This document shows, one piece after another, positions 28,779-39,132 of a stretch of DNA of 64,000 bases; within the stretch, counting starts at the first letter, position 1, and each line of letters starts with the position of its first letter. Under the pieces are notes generated by a model. The model worked only from the letters and a program-made list of their open reading frames with translations, ran no database searches and was not told the origin of the DNA. Location of the stretch: the IMG/VR virus record IMGVR_UViG_3300000956_000003, positions 1 to 64,000 of that record; one strand, written 5' to 3'. This DNA is from a virus. The position numbers and the translations under genes are program-made.

Positions 28779-28939
28779 AGAGTCACTTTGATCATATGTG
28801 CTGGTTGGGCAATGATAACCCTGCGGAGATAAGGGCGATAGGAGAGATGGCAGGGGTAGAGTATTTTATCATGCTGGATAAAAAGATCGCCAATACGAAA
28901 AAGCAGATTCAAAACGCCCGCAAAAACGGGAAAAAATAA
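28607..28939 (+). CDS. -1 frame extension ORF (gpT-like part of the putative G-T frameshift product)
   Basis: Open in the -1 frame across the T9 run and ends 1 nt before the tape-measure-like start; product would span 28185..28939. Confidence 0.4.
   Translation: MEERSGYTGFFFADAVRRLDTVFEFIRNECRHVFSSERGNQQDAPGLSVTGHIRDQLKSHFDHMCWLGNDNPAEIRAIGEMAGVEYFIMLDKKIANTKKQIQNARKNGKK
28634..28640 (+). other. candidate -1 programmed ribosomal frameshift slippery heptamer U_UUU_UUU
   Basis: X_XXY_YYZ pattern in the 0 frame of the upstream ORF. Confidence 0.4.
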
Positions 28940-31900
28940 ATGGCTGAAAATATTCTCATAGAATTTACGACAGATACCTCTGGTCTTGAACCTGCAGTTG
29001 ATCAGTTGGAGAAACTGGGCACAATTGATAAGCAGTCTGCCGCTGCTTTCCGTGCTACTAATGCAGAGCTTGCCAAACGACAGACTACATTAAAGGCAAC
29101 AGCAGCCGCGACCGCACAATCCGCCACCACGACAAAAAAGTCCATTGATGATGTAGATAAGGCTGTTAATAAGCTAACCCAGGATTTTGTGGAAGGGTTC
29201 CAGGAGGGTGTTACTGAAGCATTGAAAGAGGCCGGTGTGAGTGCGGAAGAATTCAGTGATGCCATAAAGAAAGGCGGAACAGAGATCGACAAATCAAGCC
29301 AAACAATCAAACAACGGCAAAAAGAAATTCTTGAGCAATTGGCTCAAATGAAACTGAGAGGAGAGGAGAACACGCAGGAATACAAGGCGCTTGTCAAGGA
29401 AGGGGGGAATTTGCGTGATGTCATGGGTGATGTTGCGCAAGAGGTTAATAATGTCGCCTCTGATACAAGTGCGTTTGATGGCCTAATTGGTGTTGCGCAA
29501 GGGGTAACAGGTGGATTCGCAACTGCTGCTGCGGCAACGGCTATTTTTGGTGAACAGGGTGAAGAATTGGGGGAAACGCTTTTGAAGGTAAACTCCTACA
29601 TGGCGGCATTACAGGGTTTACAACAAATTCAAACGGTTCTACAGAAGGAAAGCACAGCAGTAACTTTCCTGCAAACCGCCGGCCAAAAAATCTACAACGT
29701 AGTTATTGGTGAATCAATTGGGTTAATGGCTGCTTTCAGAGTTGCGTTAGCAGCTACCGGTGTTGGCCTGCTTATTCTCGGCATTGCTGCCTTGGTTCAA
29801 ATTCTGGATAAAGAGGAAAAGGCACTTGCCAGAGTAAATGCCGCCCTCGATGCGAATAAAAAGAATATTGAAGCTGATACCAGGGCTATCGAGGATTTGG
29901 CGGAGGCTGAAATTGCCAGGGCTGAAGCTGCAGGAGCATTGGAAAGTGATATTACGAGAATCAGGGGCAAGTCATTACAGGCGCAGCGATCGGCAATTGA
30001 AGAACAAAACCAACTCCTCACGGAACAACGCGATGCATTGGATAGCACATCAGAAGGCTATTTTAAATTGAATGCAGCCATTGATGAAAATAATACCAAG
30101 GTCAAAGAGATAGATACAAAGACCCGCATTGAAGCTATTAACCTCGGTAAGCAGCAGCGCGAGGAAGAACTAAAAGGTATTGCCGACGTAGCCGCCGCCC
30201 GCCTGGCCGGCACTATTAAGAACTCGAAAGATGAATTGAATGCAGCCAAAGCCGCTGCCCGTGCAAAAGCTGTTGTTGATATCAATGCAGCGGGACAAAA
30301 TGCAGCAGAGATATTACGCATAAATGCCGAACTCAACGACCAGTTATTGGAACTGGATCGGAATTTCGCCCAGGTCCGCCAACAAAACCGTATAGCAGGG
30401 GTAGAGGCTGCCCTTATTGCCGAGCAGCAAATCAGTCAGGCTATCAATGCCCGTCAATCGCAGGCCGAAATTGACCTTCAGAAACGGCTTATACAGGAGA
30501 AGGCCAACCTCGAATTATTGCAGGAGGGATTAACACAAAACCAGATACTTCAGATAAAGCGGACCGCCCAGGCAGAAATTCTAAGACTGCAAAAGGAATT
30601 CAACAAACAATCAGCAGAGGAATCACTACAGGATTTCATTAGCGCCAATAATGCGCAGCTTGCTGCCATTGATATTACGAATAAGGAGAAGCTGCAACTA
30701 ACCATTGATAACATCATCGCTCAGGCTGAAATCGAGGTACAACAGAATCAGGGGTTGTCGGAAAAGATAAAGGAAATCAATTCAAAGCGTGATGCCGATA
30801 TAAAATCCGCGCGACTACAGTCTATTCAGCAATCGGTAGAGGAAGAAATTGCTTTACGGGCTGCTACGGGTGGTGTCGATACGAGGGGAGATGAGCGGCT
30901 ATTGGCCGCACAGGATCAAATACGGGCCGCTGCAACGGAGCGTGAAAAGCGTGCCATTGAGGAAAGGTTGGCGGTTCGCCGACTGGGACTGCAGGAAGAA
31001 ATTAATCTTATTGACCAAATTGGGGAGAAGGAGTTAGAGGCCGGGAACATTCGCATTTCAGCACTCAATGACTCTTTTGCGCAGGGATTGATCAGTTACA
31101 AGGATTATAATTTACAATACACGCAACTAACTGACGAACAAGCCAAGATTACAGAAGATACCGAGCAGAAAAAAAGGAATGCCTACGCCAAAACAGAAGA
31201 AGAACAAAGAGCACGAAACAAACGCACCCTCGAATTCGCAATAAATACTGCCCAGCAAACAACCGAATTATTAGGTCAACTATTCGCCCAACAGGCTGAG
31301 CGCGAACTGCAAAGGGTGGAAGAGCAGCGGACCCGGATCACAGAGCTCCGTGAATCGGGAGCCATCACCGAGAAAGAGGAAAAGCAGCGGTTAAAAAGAT
31401 TGGAGATTGAGGAGCGGCGTATCCGTACGCAGCAGGCGCGTCGTGAAAAGGCGCTTGCCATATTCAACGCTGTAATTAATACCGCCCAGGCCGTAGTTGC
31501 CGCATTGGCTGTAGGACCGCCGCAGGGTTTCATATTTGCCGCTATCACCGCTGCGTTAGGTGCAGCACAAATAGCGCTCATTGCCTCTAAGCCTATACCT
31601 GCATTCGGTAAGGGTAAGAAAAATGCGTACGAAGGTCCCGCCCGTGTGGGTGAGACCGGCGCGGAATTGATAGAACGCGATGGGCGGTTGTATGTGGCGC
31701 CAAAAGAAACCATTGTTTACCTGGGCGCGAAGGATAAGGTGTTTAACCCGGAAGAAACCAAAGCGATTTTGGAAAAGCCTGGATTGCATGCCAGTCGGGT
31801 AGATACACTACATGCGGAAGCTAAAATTAATGGTGAAAAGATTGATTATGATAAACTCGGCCGTGCTGTGGGGAAAAACATACCGCAGTTCGGCCTAAAC

Positions 31901-31984
31901 ATAGACAGTAATGGATTCAATGAATGGTTAAAGACCGCAACCTCCTTCAATAAATATCTCAACAAAAGGAGGGGGTATAAATAA
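28940..31984 (+). CDS. tape measure-like protein (1014 aa)
   Basis: Very long A/Q/E-rich predicted helical protein with internal hydrophobic segments; directly follows the chaperone/frameshift pair. Confidence 0.5.
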   Translation: MAENILIEFTTDTSGLEPAVDQLEKLGTIDKQSAAAFRATNAELAKRQTTLKATAAATAQSATTTKKSIDDVDKAVNKLTQDFVEGFQEGVTEALKEAGVSAEEFSDAIKKGGTEIDKSSQTIKQRQKEILEQLAQMKLRGEENTQEYKALVKEGGNLRDVMGDVAQEVNNVASDTSAFDGLIGVAQGVTGGFATAAAATAIFGEQGEELGETLLKVNSYMAALQGLQQIQTVLQKESTAVTFLQTAGQKIYNVVIGESIGLMAAFRVALAATGVGLLILGIAALVQILDKEEKALARVNAALDANKKNIEADTRAIEDLAEAEIARAEAAGALESDITRIRGKSLQAQRSAIEEQNQLLTEQRDALDSTSEGYFKLNAAIDENNTKVKEIDTKTRIEAINLGKQQREEELKGIADVAAARLAGTIKNSKDELNAAKAAARAKAVVDINAAGQNAAEILRINAELNDQLLELDRNFAQVRQQNRIAGVEAALIAEQQISQAINARQSQAEIDLQKRLIQEKANLELLQEGLTQNQILQIKRTAQAEILRLQKEFNKQSAEESLQDFISANNAQLAAIDITNKEKLQLTIDNIIAQAEIEVQQNQGLSEKIKEINSKRDADIKSARLQSIQQSVEEEIALRAATGGVDTRGDERLLAAQDQIRAAATEREKRAIEERLAVRRLGLQEEINLIDQIGEKELEAGNIRISALNDSFAQGLISYKDYNLQYTQLTDEQAKITEDTEQKKRNAYAKTEEEQRARNKRTLEFAINTAQQTTELLGQLFAQQAERELQRVEEQRTRITELRESGAITEKEEKQRLKRLEIEERRIRTQQARREKALAIFNAVINTAQAVVAALAVGPPQGFIFAAITAALGAAQIALIASKPIPAFGKGKKNAYEGPARVGETGAELIERDGRLYVAPKETIVYLGAKDKVFNPEETKAILEKPGLHASRVDTLHAEAKINGEKIDYDKLGRAVGKNIPQFGLNIDSNGFNEWLKTATSFNKYLNKRRGYK

Positions 31985-34158
31985 TGGACCACCGGTTTCA
32001 CCTGGACGAATTGCCTATTGAGGAGCCTATTGGAATGGCCGATTTTGAGATTTCCATCAAACGGGATGATAAATTTCATGGCATGCAGTTCGAGGCAAGC
32101 ACAGGTACGCTGGGTTTCTACGGTGATGCTGCGAATTATTTGAAACAAAAGAAGGAAACCGAAGGCATCGGAGCCAATGTAACATTCAAGGCAGAAGGCA
32201 CATGCGATACAGATTACGAAGAAATAATAAGCGGCCGACTGAATTTCGGCAAATACGATGGGGAATGTGGTCTTGATTGTAGGGTATCCTTACCGGTGGA
32301 AGAGCAGTCGTGTAAGGTTGTCCTGGCCTCCCGGTTTGACCAAAAGGTTGACATTGATTCCCTGGTAGCTTTTGATAAACAGACTGCTTTACCTGCTTAC
32401 GCTAATATGGGCGATGAAATTGAGATCCCGGCAAAAGCACTGTTTGTTGGATCTCATGGCAAGGTGGCGGATGCCGGGGATACAATGAATATTGAATTGG
32501 GGGGCCTTGTTTTTATTCGCCCGATATATGCAGCACTCGACGAAAGTATCCATACTAGTCAATTGTCGGACCCATTTGTAGTAAGTGAATACGAATTAAT
32601 AACCGATGAACCAATAACGCCACAACTATTATTCGATGATTTAATTACCTGCTTCCCGGGTGAATTCACCTATAACCATCGTATGAAGGGCTCATATAAT
32701 AACCCGAGCGGCAACGGGGCTTTATTAAGCATTAAGGTGAAACACATTCAATGGGATGGAGTCGGTGATATTTTCGACGATGGGACCATAATAGATGAAA
32801 CCGTGGTATTTGCTGGCCCAACTGACCCTGCGCCCTTTAGCGGAACATTTGATGTTACGCATGCTGGAACAATGACCCTCCCGGAGGGCATTGGGGTTTA
32901 TCATGTAATTGAGTTCGCAGTAATTATAACAGCAAACCCGGCCTTCGTTGATGTAACCTTTGATAAAGAGACAGAATTTTCAATAGAAGCGACCCGGTTA
33001 TGCCCCAATACAAATACCAAAGCCTATCTTATTCATGAAACCCTTTCCCGTGTTGCAGAGGCCATTACAGACACCTGCATTCGCGTTAAATCTGAATACT
33101 ATGGCCGCATAGATAGTCAGCCGTTCGCGTTTGACTCAGATGGATGCGGGGGGCTGCGCATGCTAACAAGTGGTTTAAAGATTCGCCAGGCACCGGAGGA
33201 CAAGTTTTTTGCTTCCATGAAGGACCTGCTCGATGGCCTAAATGGGATAGATAATATAGGGTTCTCCATTGAACCCGATGTGGAATTGCCGGGCAAATAT
33301 ATTTTGAAGATTGAACCCGTCCAGGAGTTTTACCTGAATGAAGAAGTGCTGGTCCATGATTATATACCGAAGGGCAATGAGAAGGTTCAAGAGTCTTTAC
33401 ACTATTCAAAAATCCTTGCAGGTTACCGTAAATGGACTGTTGAAAGGGTGAATGGATTGGGTGAAATAAATAGCACCCGGGAGTATCGTACTGGACTAGA
33501 AACAATCAGCAATACATTGGATATTCAATCCGACCTGGTTACAGGCTCTTATCCCATAGAGATCACAAGGCAACAGTCTTTTGCTGCTACGGGCGCCGCG
33601 GATACAAATTACGACAACGATACTTTTCTTATCACCTTGGTCCGGAATGCATATGACTTTGCGGTGGAACAGGGCAACATAACGGATCCGGATAATATTT
33701 TCGATCCGGCTACTGTATTAAATTTCCGGCTCAGCCCTGTTCGCAATCTCATGCGCTGGTATAAGTCGATCATAAACTCATACCCGACCATTTCGTCCTC
33801 GTTATCAAAGCTAATATTCTCGGCAGGTACCGGTAATCTAACGGCCGAGGGGGAAATAACAGAAGGGGCGTACGATGAGCTATGCAAATTGGAGAGCATG
33901 GTAATACGGGAAAATCAGGATTTATTTATCACCCATTTTGAACGGCAGGAAGATGCTACACCAATGTGGAAGCCTGAATTTATCACCTACGAATACCCAA
34001 TGTCAATTTCAGATTATAAGAAGGTGAGGGAAAATCCATACGGATATATTTCTTTCCAGTGTGGGAATGGTGAGTATGAAAAGGGGTTTATCCAGGAGAT
34101 AAAGTACCGGCCATTAAAAGGTAAGGCAACGTTCACGCTTAAAAAGAAATGGGAATAA
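31984..34158 (+). CDS. putative tail/baseplate protein (724 aa)
   Basis: Large ORF immediately downstream of the tape-measure-like gene (synteny only). Confidence 0.35.
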   Translation: MDHRFHLDELPIEEPIGMADFEISIKRDDKFHGMQFEASTGTLGFYGDAANYLKQKKETEGIGANVTFKAEGTCDTDYEEIISGRLNFGKYDGECGLDCRVSLPVEEQSCKVVLASRFDQKVDIDSLVAFDKQTALPAYANMGDEIEIPAKALFVGSHGKVADAGDTMNIELGGLVFIRPIYAALDESIHTSQLSDPFVVSEYELITDEPITPQLLFDDLITCFPGEFTYNHRMKGSYNNPSGNGALLSIKVKHIQWDGVGDIFDDGTIIDETVVFAGPTDPAPFSGTFDVTHAGTMTLPEGIGVYHVIEFAVIITANPAFVDVTFDKETEFSIEATRLCPNTNTKAYLIHETLSRVAEAITDTCIRVKSEYYGRIDSQPFAFDSDGCGGLRMLTSGLKIRQAPEDKFFASMKDLLDGLNGIDNIGFSIEPDVELPGKYILKIEPVQEFYLNEEVLVHDYIPKGNEKVQESLHYSKILAGYRKWTVERVNGLGEINSTREYRTGLETISNTLDIQSDLVTGSYPIEITRQQSFAATGAADTNYDNDTFLITLVRNAYDFAVEQGNITDPDNIFDPATVLNFRLSPVRNLMRWYKSIINSYPTISSSLSKLIFSAGTGNLTAEGEITEGAYDELCKLESMVIRENQDLFITHFERQEDATPMWKPEFITYEYPMSISDYKKVRENPYGYISFQCGNGEYEKGFIQEIKYRPLKGKATFTLKKKWE

Positions 34159-34358
34159 TGGCACTCGTAGTTGACAATAAGTACACGATCGGTGATACCG
34201 TTTACCTTGTAACTGACATTGATCAATTGCCGCGTTTAGTATTAGCGTATAAAATATATAAAGAGGGAGAAATTATGTATGAATTAATTCAAGGGACCAG
34301 CGCAAGCATGCACTATGCTTTTGAAATTCAAACAGAAAAATCGTTAATATCAACTTAA
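34149..34358 (+). CDS. hypothetical protein (69 aa)
   Basis: ORF. Confidence 0.3.
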   Translation: MGIMALVVDNKYTIGDTVYLVTDIDQLPRLVLAYKIYKEGEIMYELIQGTSASMHYAFEIQTEKSLIST

Positions 34359-35095
34359 TGGCTTATTCAATTCAAACCAGCCAGTTCTCATTTATACAGT
34401 TCGCCGAAAGTGATTCGGTAACCGCCTGTAATTGGCAAACTACCGAACAATGCTTACCGGTTTTCTCACCGGAAGATGTTTGGACCCAGTGGGTGATCAA
34501 TGCGGATACGGGCGTAGAGGCTGATGATCTTTGCGACTTAACAAACTCATTGATTACTGTGGGTCTGGTAAAAGCTTGTTCTGATGGCTTCCTAATTGAG
34601 TTCAGCGAAAAACCGGAACGATATAGAATAAGTTCAACACAGGTATTGTATGTTTGGAAACATGGGTTGCCCAGTTTCGATAGCGTGCTGGAGGTTGGCG
34701 ATTGTTTTCATATCAAAGTTGAGGTGGCCGATCAGTCCTGGTGTACGAATTGTTTTCAGCGGATAGGTGATGATTGCCACACATCAGTACTCGAGTATTA
34801 TAACGATGAAAACTACGCCGGATTTAATTATTGCGCATCCAATGAAGGGATAGATGCAGACGAGGATGATTGCGACCCGACTATCATACAATTTACCAAC
34901 CAGGCGAATATGGTTATTCCTTGGACGGCATATTTGAGTAATAAATACGGACTGGCCCCGACGATATCCGTATGGGTTCTTGATGGCGGCGAATTAGTTC
35001 AAGCAGGCATGAGGGTAGCATTTGACACTTATCCACCAACAGAAATACGCATTGATATGGGTGGACCTGGCACTGGCATTATAAAAATTATGTAG
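34358..35095 (+). CDS. hypothetical virion-module protein (245 aa)
   Basis: ORF. Confidence 0.4.
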   Translation: MAYSIQTSQFSFIQFAESDSVTACNWQTTEQCLPVFSPEDVWTQWVINADTGVEADDLCDLTNSLITVGLVKACSDGFLIEFSEKPERYRISSTQVLYVWKHGLPSFDSVLEVGDCFHIKVEVADQSWCTNCFQRIGDDCHTSVLEYYNDENYAGFNYCASNEGIDADEDDCDPTIIQFTNQANMVIPWTAYLSNKYGLAPTISVWVLDGGELVQAGMRVAFDTYPPTEIRIDMGGPGTGIIKIM

Positions 35096-35096
35096 T

Positions 35097-35294
35097 ATGA
35101 ATATTTGTTCTGACATAAAAATACCATCGAAACCGCTTGAATGCGGTGAGGTAACCGGCAGGGTCAAGAGGATAGAGCTTGGCGGACCGCTGTTAAAAAC
35201 ATGTCTTGTTTGTAGGGTTCAGTTTTTTGCAAATAGCGGTGTTATAGAATGTCCGAGGTGCCACACCATAAACGCCTATTCAATAAACAAATAA
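35097..35294 (+). CDS. small zinc-ribbon protein
   Basis: CGEV...CLVC...CPRCHT. Confidence 0.35.
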   Translation: MNICSDIKIPSKPLECGEVTGRVKRIELGGPLLKTCLVCRVQFFANSGVIECPRCHTINAYSINK

Positions 35295-36451
35295 TGGCAT
35301 TCATTAACCGCATACGACTTCCGATAAAAATTACTCGCCCTCAATTGACGGAGGAGCGAGAGTCTTTCACTAAGGCCAATGGTGCTACAAAAACCTTGTC
35401 TGTTGTTATCAAAAAGGAATACGAGGGACAGACTGACCATTGGCCGGAAAAAATGCATGACCGCCTTAAAATTGCCTTGGCTCATGATACAGTGACCATT
35501 GAAGGCGAAAGGTATGTAGGTGGTATTTCTGCTACAGGTGATTATACCATTGAATGGCCGGACTTCCTGGATCATCCTTTTGGTAAAGCACAATTTAAAG
35601 TATTGGCCACCCCCTTCAATGCATCGAATAGCAATTGCGCTACCTGTGATGACTTCGCCCAGGTGGTTTGTGAAGATGATGATCTCGGGACAATCGGGGA
35701 GGATGAGAGTCAGTCGGTAGCGGTACTGGACAATGATTCTATTTGCTGTTACCCCTTTGAAATATCCCTGGTAACCTTTAATTCGGATTACCTCGATAGC
35801 TGCGTTATCAATGGCAATAATATCGAGATACATACCAAAACTGGTTTAGTTACAGCAAATGATGTGAGATTGGTAACCTACCAGGTCACCTGCGAAAGCG
35901 GACTTTTTGACGAGGCGGATATTATTGCAGATATAGAGGGGACGGTAGAACCAGAATGCGGCCAACCATCGTTTTTGGACGCTGGTTTAGGATCGGCCGG
36001 ACCCGGGTCAGCGGCACCAAATTGGGATGAGCCGGTACCTGCGCCCGTTGGTTATAACTATGCACTGTATTTATTGCCCGATACGGTTACGCCCATTGAT
36101 TCCGGGTCCACTACTGCAACTTCGGTTCTTTACGAAGACCTGGAACCAGGGGATTACCGATTTACGCTTATTGTAGACTGCGGAGAAGGGGGTCTTTCAG
36201 CGCCGCTAGAGGTAGACTTTACGATTGCCGAAACCGCCCTTGGCTGCGGAAGATACCAATTGCGGGTTATCGCCCATCCATTGAGTCAGAATGCTACCTA
36301 CCAAGATTGTAATGGTGATGATCAGACCGTGAATTATACCAGCGGAAGCCCCAGGTTGATTTGCGCTGCCGAAACATCGCCCGGCAATCCCGTTTCCATT
36401 GTGCCTAACAATCCGGCTTCCACCCAAATACTTTATATCGATGAATGTTAA
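35294..36451 (+). CDS. hypothetical Cys-rich structural-module protein
   Basis: ORF; ATG 35294 preferred over tracked 35249. Confidence 0.4.
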   Translation: MAFINRIRLPIKITRPQLTEERESFTKANGATKTLSVVIKKEYEGQTDHWPEKMHDRLKIALAHDTVTIEGERYVGGISATGDYTIEWPDFLDHPFGKAQFKVLATPFNASNSNCATCDDFAQVVCEDDDLGTIGEDESQSVAVLDNDSICCYPFEISLVTFNSDYLDSCVINGNNIEIHTKTGLVTANDVRLVTYQVTCESGLFDEADIIADIEGTVEPECGQPSFLDAGLGSAGPGSAAPNWDEPVPAPVGYNYALYLLPDTVTPIDSGSTTATSVLYEDLEPGDYRFTLIVDCGEGGLSAPLEVDFTIAETALGCGRYQLRVIAHPLSQNATYQDCNGDDQTVNYTSGSPRLICAAETSPGNPVSIVPNNPASTQILYIDEC

Positions 36452-37316
36452 ACGCGGCATATTACTTATTGCGAGTGGTTCCCCCTTTTATGGGCGAATG
36501 GCCTTTAACTTATGCATGAGCATTAAGGCGACCGACCCGAACTTTCCTGTTGCCGTAGCGATTTCAGGCAGTTCACTGAACCATTTAAATAGCCGGCAGA
36601 AAGCGCTGTTCGATGAGATATTGTTTTTACCTTCAGAGACTTCTGGATTTGGAGCAAAATTGTTTCTTGATCAGATAAGTCCTTTCGAGGAAACTCTTTT
36701 TTTCGATGCGGATATGGCGTGGCTACCGAAGTATTCCCCTCATGTCCTATTCGACTCACTGAAAGATGTTGATTTTACAGCTATCACGGAAGGCTACTGT
36801 GATATGAAAACGCAGGACAAGGCTAACGCTAATTCAAAATATTACTTTTGGGCAGAGACAGAAGAAATTGCAGAGGTGTATAATATCAGGGAAGGAAATC
36901 TATATCAGTGGCGTAGTGAAGTAATGTATTTCAAGAAAAGCGAACGAACAGCAGCGTTCTTTAAGACTGCCCGTGAGGTATATGCCACACCCAATCTCAA
37001 CACGATTCATTTGTTTGCTAACTCTATACCTGACGAACTGGCTATTAATATCAGTGCCGCTATTCACGGAATAGAACCACACAAATACAAATGGATGCCC
37101 GCTTATTGGCCAAGAATGAGCGGTGGCCATGTACCGAGCCTGGAAGAACTTTATTCAAAGTATTATCTGTTGAGTTGTGGGAGCAACGTAACGACAGCGA
37201 ATACGAAATTGGCTTATAACCGGGTGGTAAAGGCGGCGGCCTATAAGTTGGGATTTTCGCACCTTTTCCCGCTCGCAAATAAGAAAGAAACGATGCCTGA
37301 CCGGCAAAGAATGTAA
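36441..37316 (+). CDS. putative GT-A fold nucleotide-sugar glycosyltransferase
   Basis: N-terminus ILLIASGSPFYGRMAFNLCMS then FFDADM (DxD) about 90 aa later, a GT8/Nucleotid_trans-like arrangement. Confidence 0.4.
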   Translation: MNVKRGILLIASGSPFYGRMAFNLCMSIKATDPNFPVAVAISGSSLNHLNSRQKALFDEILFLPSETSGFGAKLFLDQISPFEETLFFDADMAWLPKYSPHVLFDSLKDVDFTAITEGYCDMKTQDKANANSKYYFWAETEEIAEVYNIREGNLYQWRSEVMYFKKSERTAAFFKTAREVYATPNLNTIHLFANSIPDELAINISAAIHGIEPHKYKWMPAYWPRMSGGHVPSLEELYSKYYLLSCGSNVTTANTKLAYNRVVKAAAYKLGFSHLFPLANKKETMPDRQRM

Positions 37317-37326
37317 AACCTAAACA

Positions 37327-39132
37327 ATGGCACTACAAAGCATATATATTTTCGATGACCTGAGGCCTTATTTTGAGGGCAGCAACAGGCATTATTATTA
37401 CAAAGAATCAAAAGAATGTTGCGATAAGTTTGCGCCCCATGCTGATGGCGTTTATCCAGAGGAATTGATTGAGTGTCGGCGTCCAAATGAACCATTAGAG
37501 GTGAAGGATTACCGTAAAAAAATATGGAAGCCAAAGACAAAGCCAACGTTCACTAAAATTATCTCATCCCTATCTAAGATCCGCCGCTCTTCCGACTGGT
37601 CTATTAAGTACCCGGAAGATATTTTCAGCAAGATCAAAGAAGGGGAGAAGCTGGAAGACTATTGCGAAAAGAATTTTCCTTATTTCGGGTCCATGACGAC
37701 CTGGGTATTTTCTGTTCTGCTTAAAAAATACCTGACAGACCCAAATGCATGCATATTGGTTTTGCCTCTGGTAACGGCAGAGGTAGCCGAAACGGAATAC
37801 CTGAAACCTTACCCATTTATTTTTGACTCGTGCGATGTTATTGAGTACATGGACGGCGAGAAAGCTATACTGAATATACCGGAAGGCTGCACGTATCAAA
37901 CCAGGGCAGGCCGTGGAGTTTATGACAACAAGGGCAAGTCTTATTACGTGGTTGATAAGGGTGTTATTGAACGTTGGGATCAGATTGATAATAAAGGAAA
38001 TTATACTATTGTTTCCACCTTTGCGCACGGAATAGGACTTTTGCCAGTCTTTAAAATTGGTGGCGTTATCGGCCAATCTGAAGGCAATCATTTTTTGTAT
38101 GAATCACGTATAGAAGGTATTATCCCTGATCTGGATGAGGCATTGCGGGAGTATTCAGATTTACAGGCCGCCAAGGTGCTGCACATATTCCCTGAGCGTT
38201 GGGAATTCACGCAAAATGAGTGCGGAGTCTGCAAGGGATTGGGTAAAAGAAGAAACCCCATGTGGTATGAAGGATGTGGAGAAAGTGTATTGCCGGAAGT
38301 GCCCTGCGATGCTACCGGTTGCCATAACGGATACATTGCTGCAGGTCCGTACACTAAAATGATTATCCGCCCTACTAATAATGCATTGGAGGGTGGTGGC
38401 ACAATACCAAATCCACCAGCCGGTTATGTTGAAAAAGACGTTGAGATTGTGAAGGTGATGGAATTGAGCGTTAAGCAGCACATATATGACGCGCTGGCTG
38501 CTATCAACTTTCAGTTCCTGGAGCAAACGCCGTTGAATCAATCCGGAACCGCAAAGGAAGTCGATAAAGAAGAATTGAACAACACCGTTCACGCGATCGC
38601 CGAGGATTTAGTGAGGGTGATGGACCGCAATTATAAATTAACCGCCTACTACCGGTATAAAAACTTATACTCTGTTGCTGATATTGATAAAATGACTCCC
38701 GCGGTTGCAGTGCCTGAGCATTATGACCTCTTATCTTCTCAATTCATGCAGACAGAGGTTGATACGGCGAAGAAGTCCAAAATGAATCCTATTATTATCA
38801 ATGCCATGGAGATCGAATACAGTGGTAAAAGATTCATGGATGATCCGGAAATCAAAGACCGGCTGGAATTGGTATTGCGGCTAGACCCCTTACCAAATGT
38901 TTCCATGGACGAAAAAATGGGGATGTTATCAAATTCAACCATTACCAAAGAGACGGCTATCATCTCAGATAATATTCATGAGTTCGTGCAACGGGCCATT
39001 GAGGAAGACGAAGGTTTCGCGGAGAAAGAATTGAAGGAGCAAAAGGCCAAAATAATAGAATACGCAAAAGCGCAAATAGCAGAGAGCAGCGCAGCCGGAA
39101 AGGTTATAGCAAATGAACTTGCAGTTGCATAA
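37327..39132 (+). CDS. portal protein (putative)
   Basis: 601 aa with helical acidic C-terminus, immediately upstream of the MuF-like head morphogenesis gene (SPP1 gp6-gp7 synteny). Confidence 0.45.
   Translation: MALQSIYIFDDLRPYFEGSNRHYYYKESKECCDKFAPHADGVYPEELIECRRPNEPLEVKDYRKKIWKPKTKPTFTKIISSLSKIRRSSDWSIKYPEDIFSKIKEGEKLEDYCEKNFPYFGSMTTWVFSVLLKKYLTDPNACILVLPLVTAEVAETEYLKPYPFIFDSCDVIEYMDGEKAILNIPEGCTYQTRAGRGVYDNKGKSYYVVDKGVIERWDQIDNKGNYTIVSTFAHGIGLLPVFKIGGVIGQSEGNHFLYESRIEGIIPDLDEALREYSDLQAAKVLHIFPERWEFTQNECGVCKGLGKRRNPMWYEGCGESVLPEVPCDATGCHNGYIAAGPYTKMIIRPTNNALEGGGTIPNPPAGYVEKDVEIVKVMELSVKQHIYDALAAINFQFLEQTPLNQSGTAKEVDKEELNNTVHAIAEDLVRVMDRNYKLTAYYRYKNLYSVADIDKMTPAVAVPEHYDLLSSQFMQTEVDTAKKSKMNPIIINAMEIEYSGKRFMDDPEIKDRLELVLRLDPLPNVSMDEKMGMLSNSTITKETAIISDNIHEFVQRAIEEDEGFAEKELKEQKAKIIEYAKAQIAESSAAGKVIANELAVA

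Noticed and set aside
29002-31713. Minus-strand ORFs inside the tape-measure-like gene (29002..29310, 29797..30048, 30058..30336, 31276..31713)
   Set aside because: Antisense to a long Ala/Gln/Glu-rich repeat gene; low-complexity Ala/Ser-rich translations typical of shadow ORFs.
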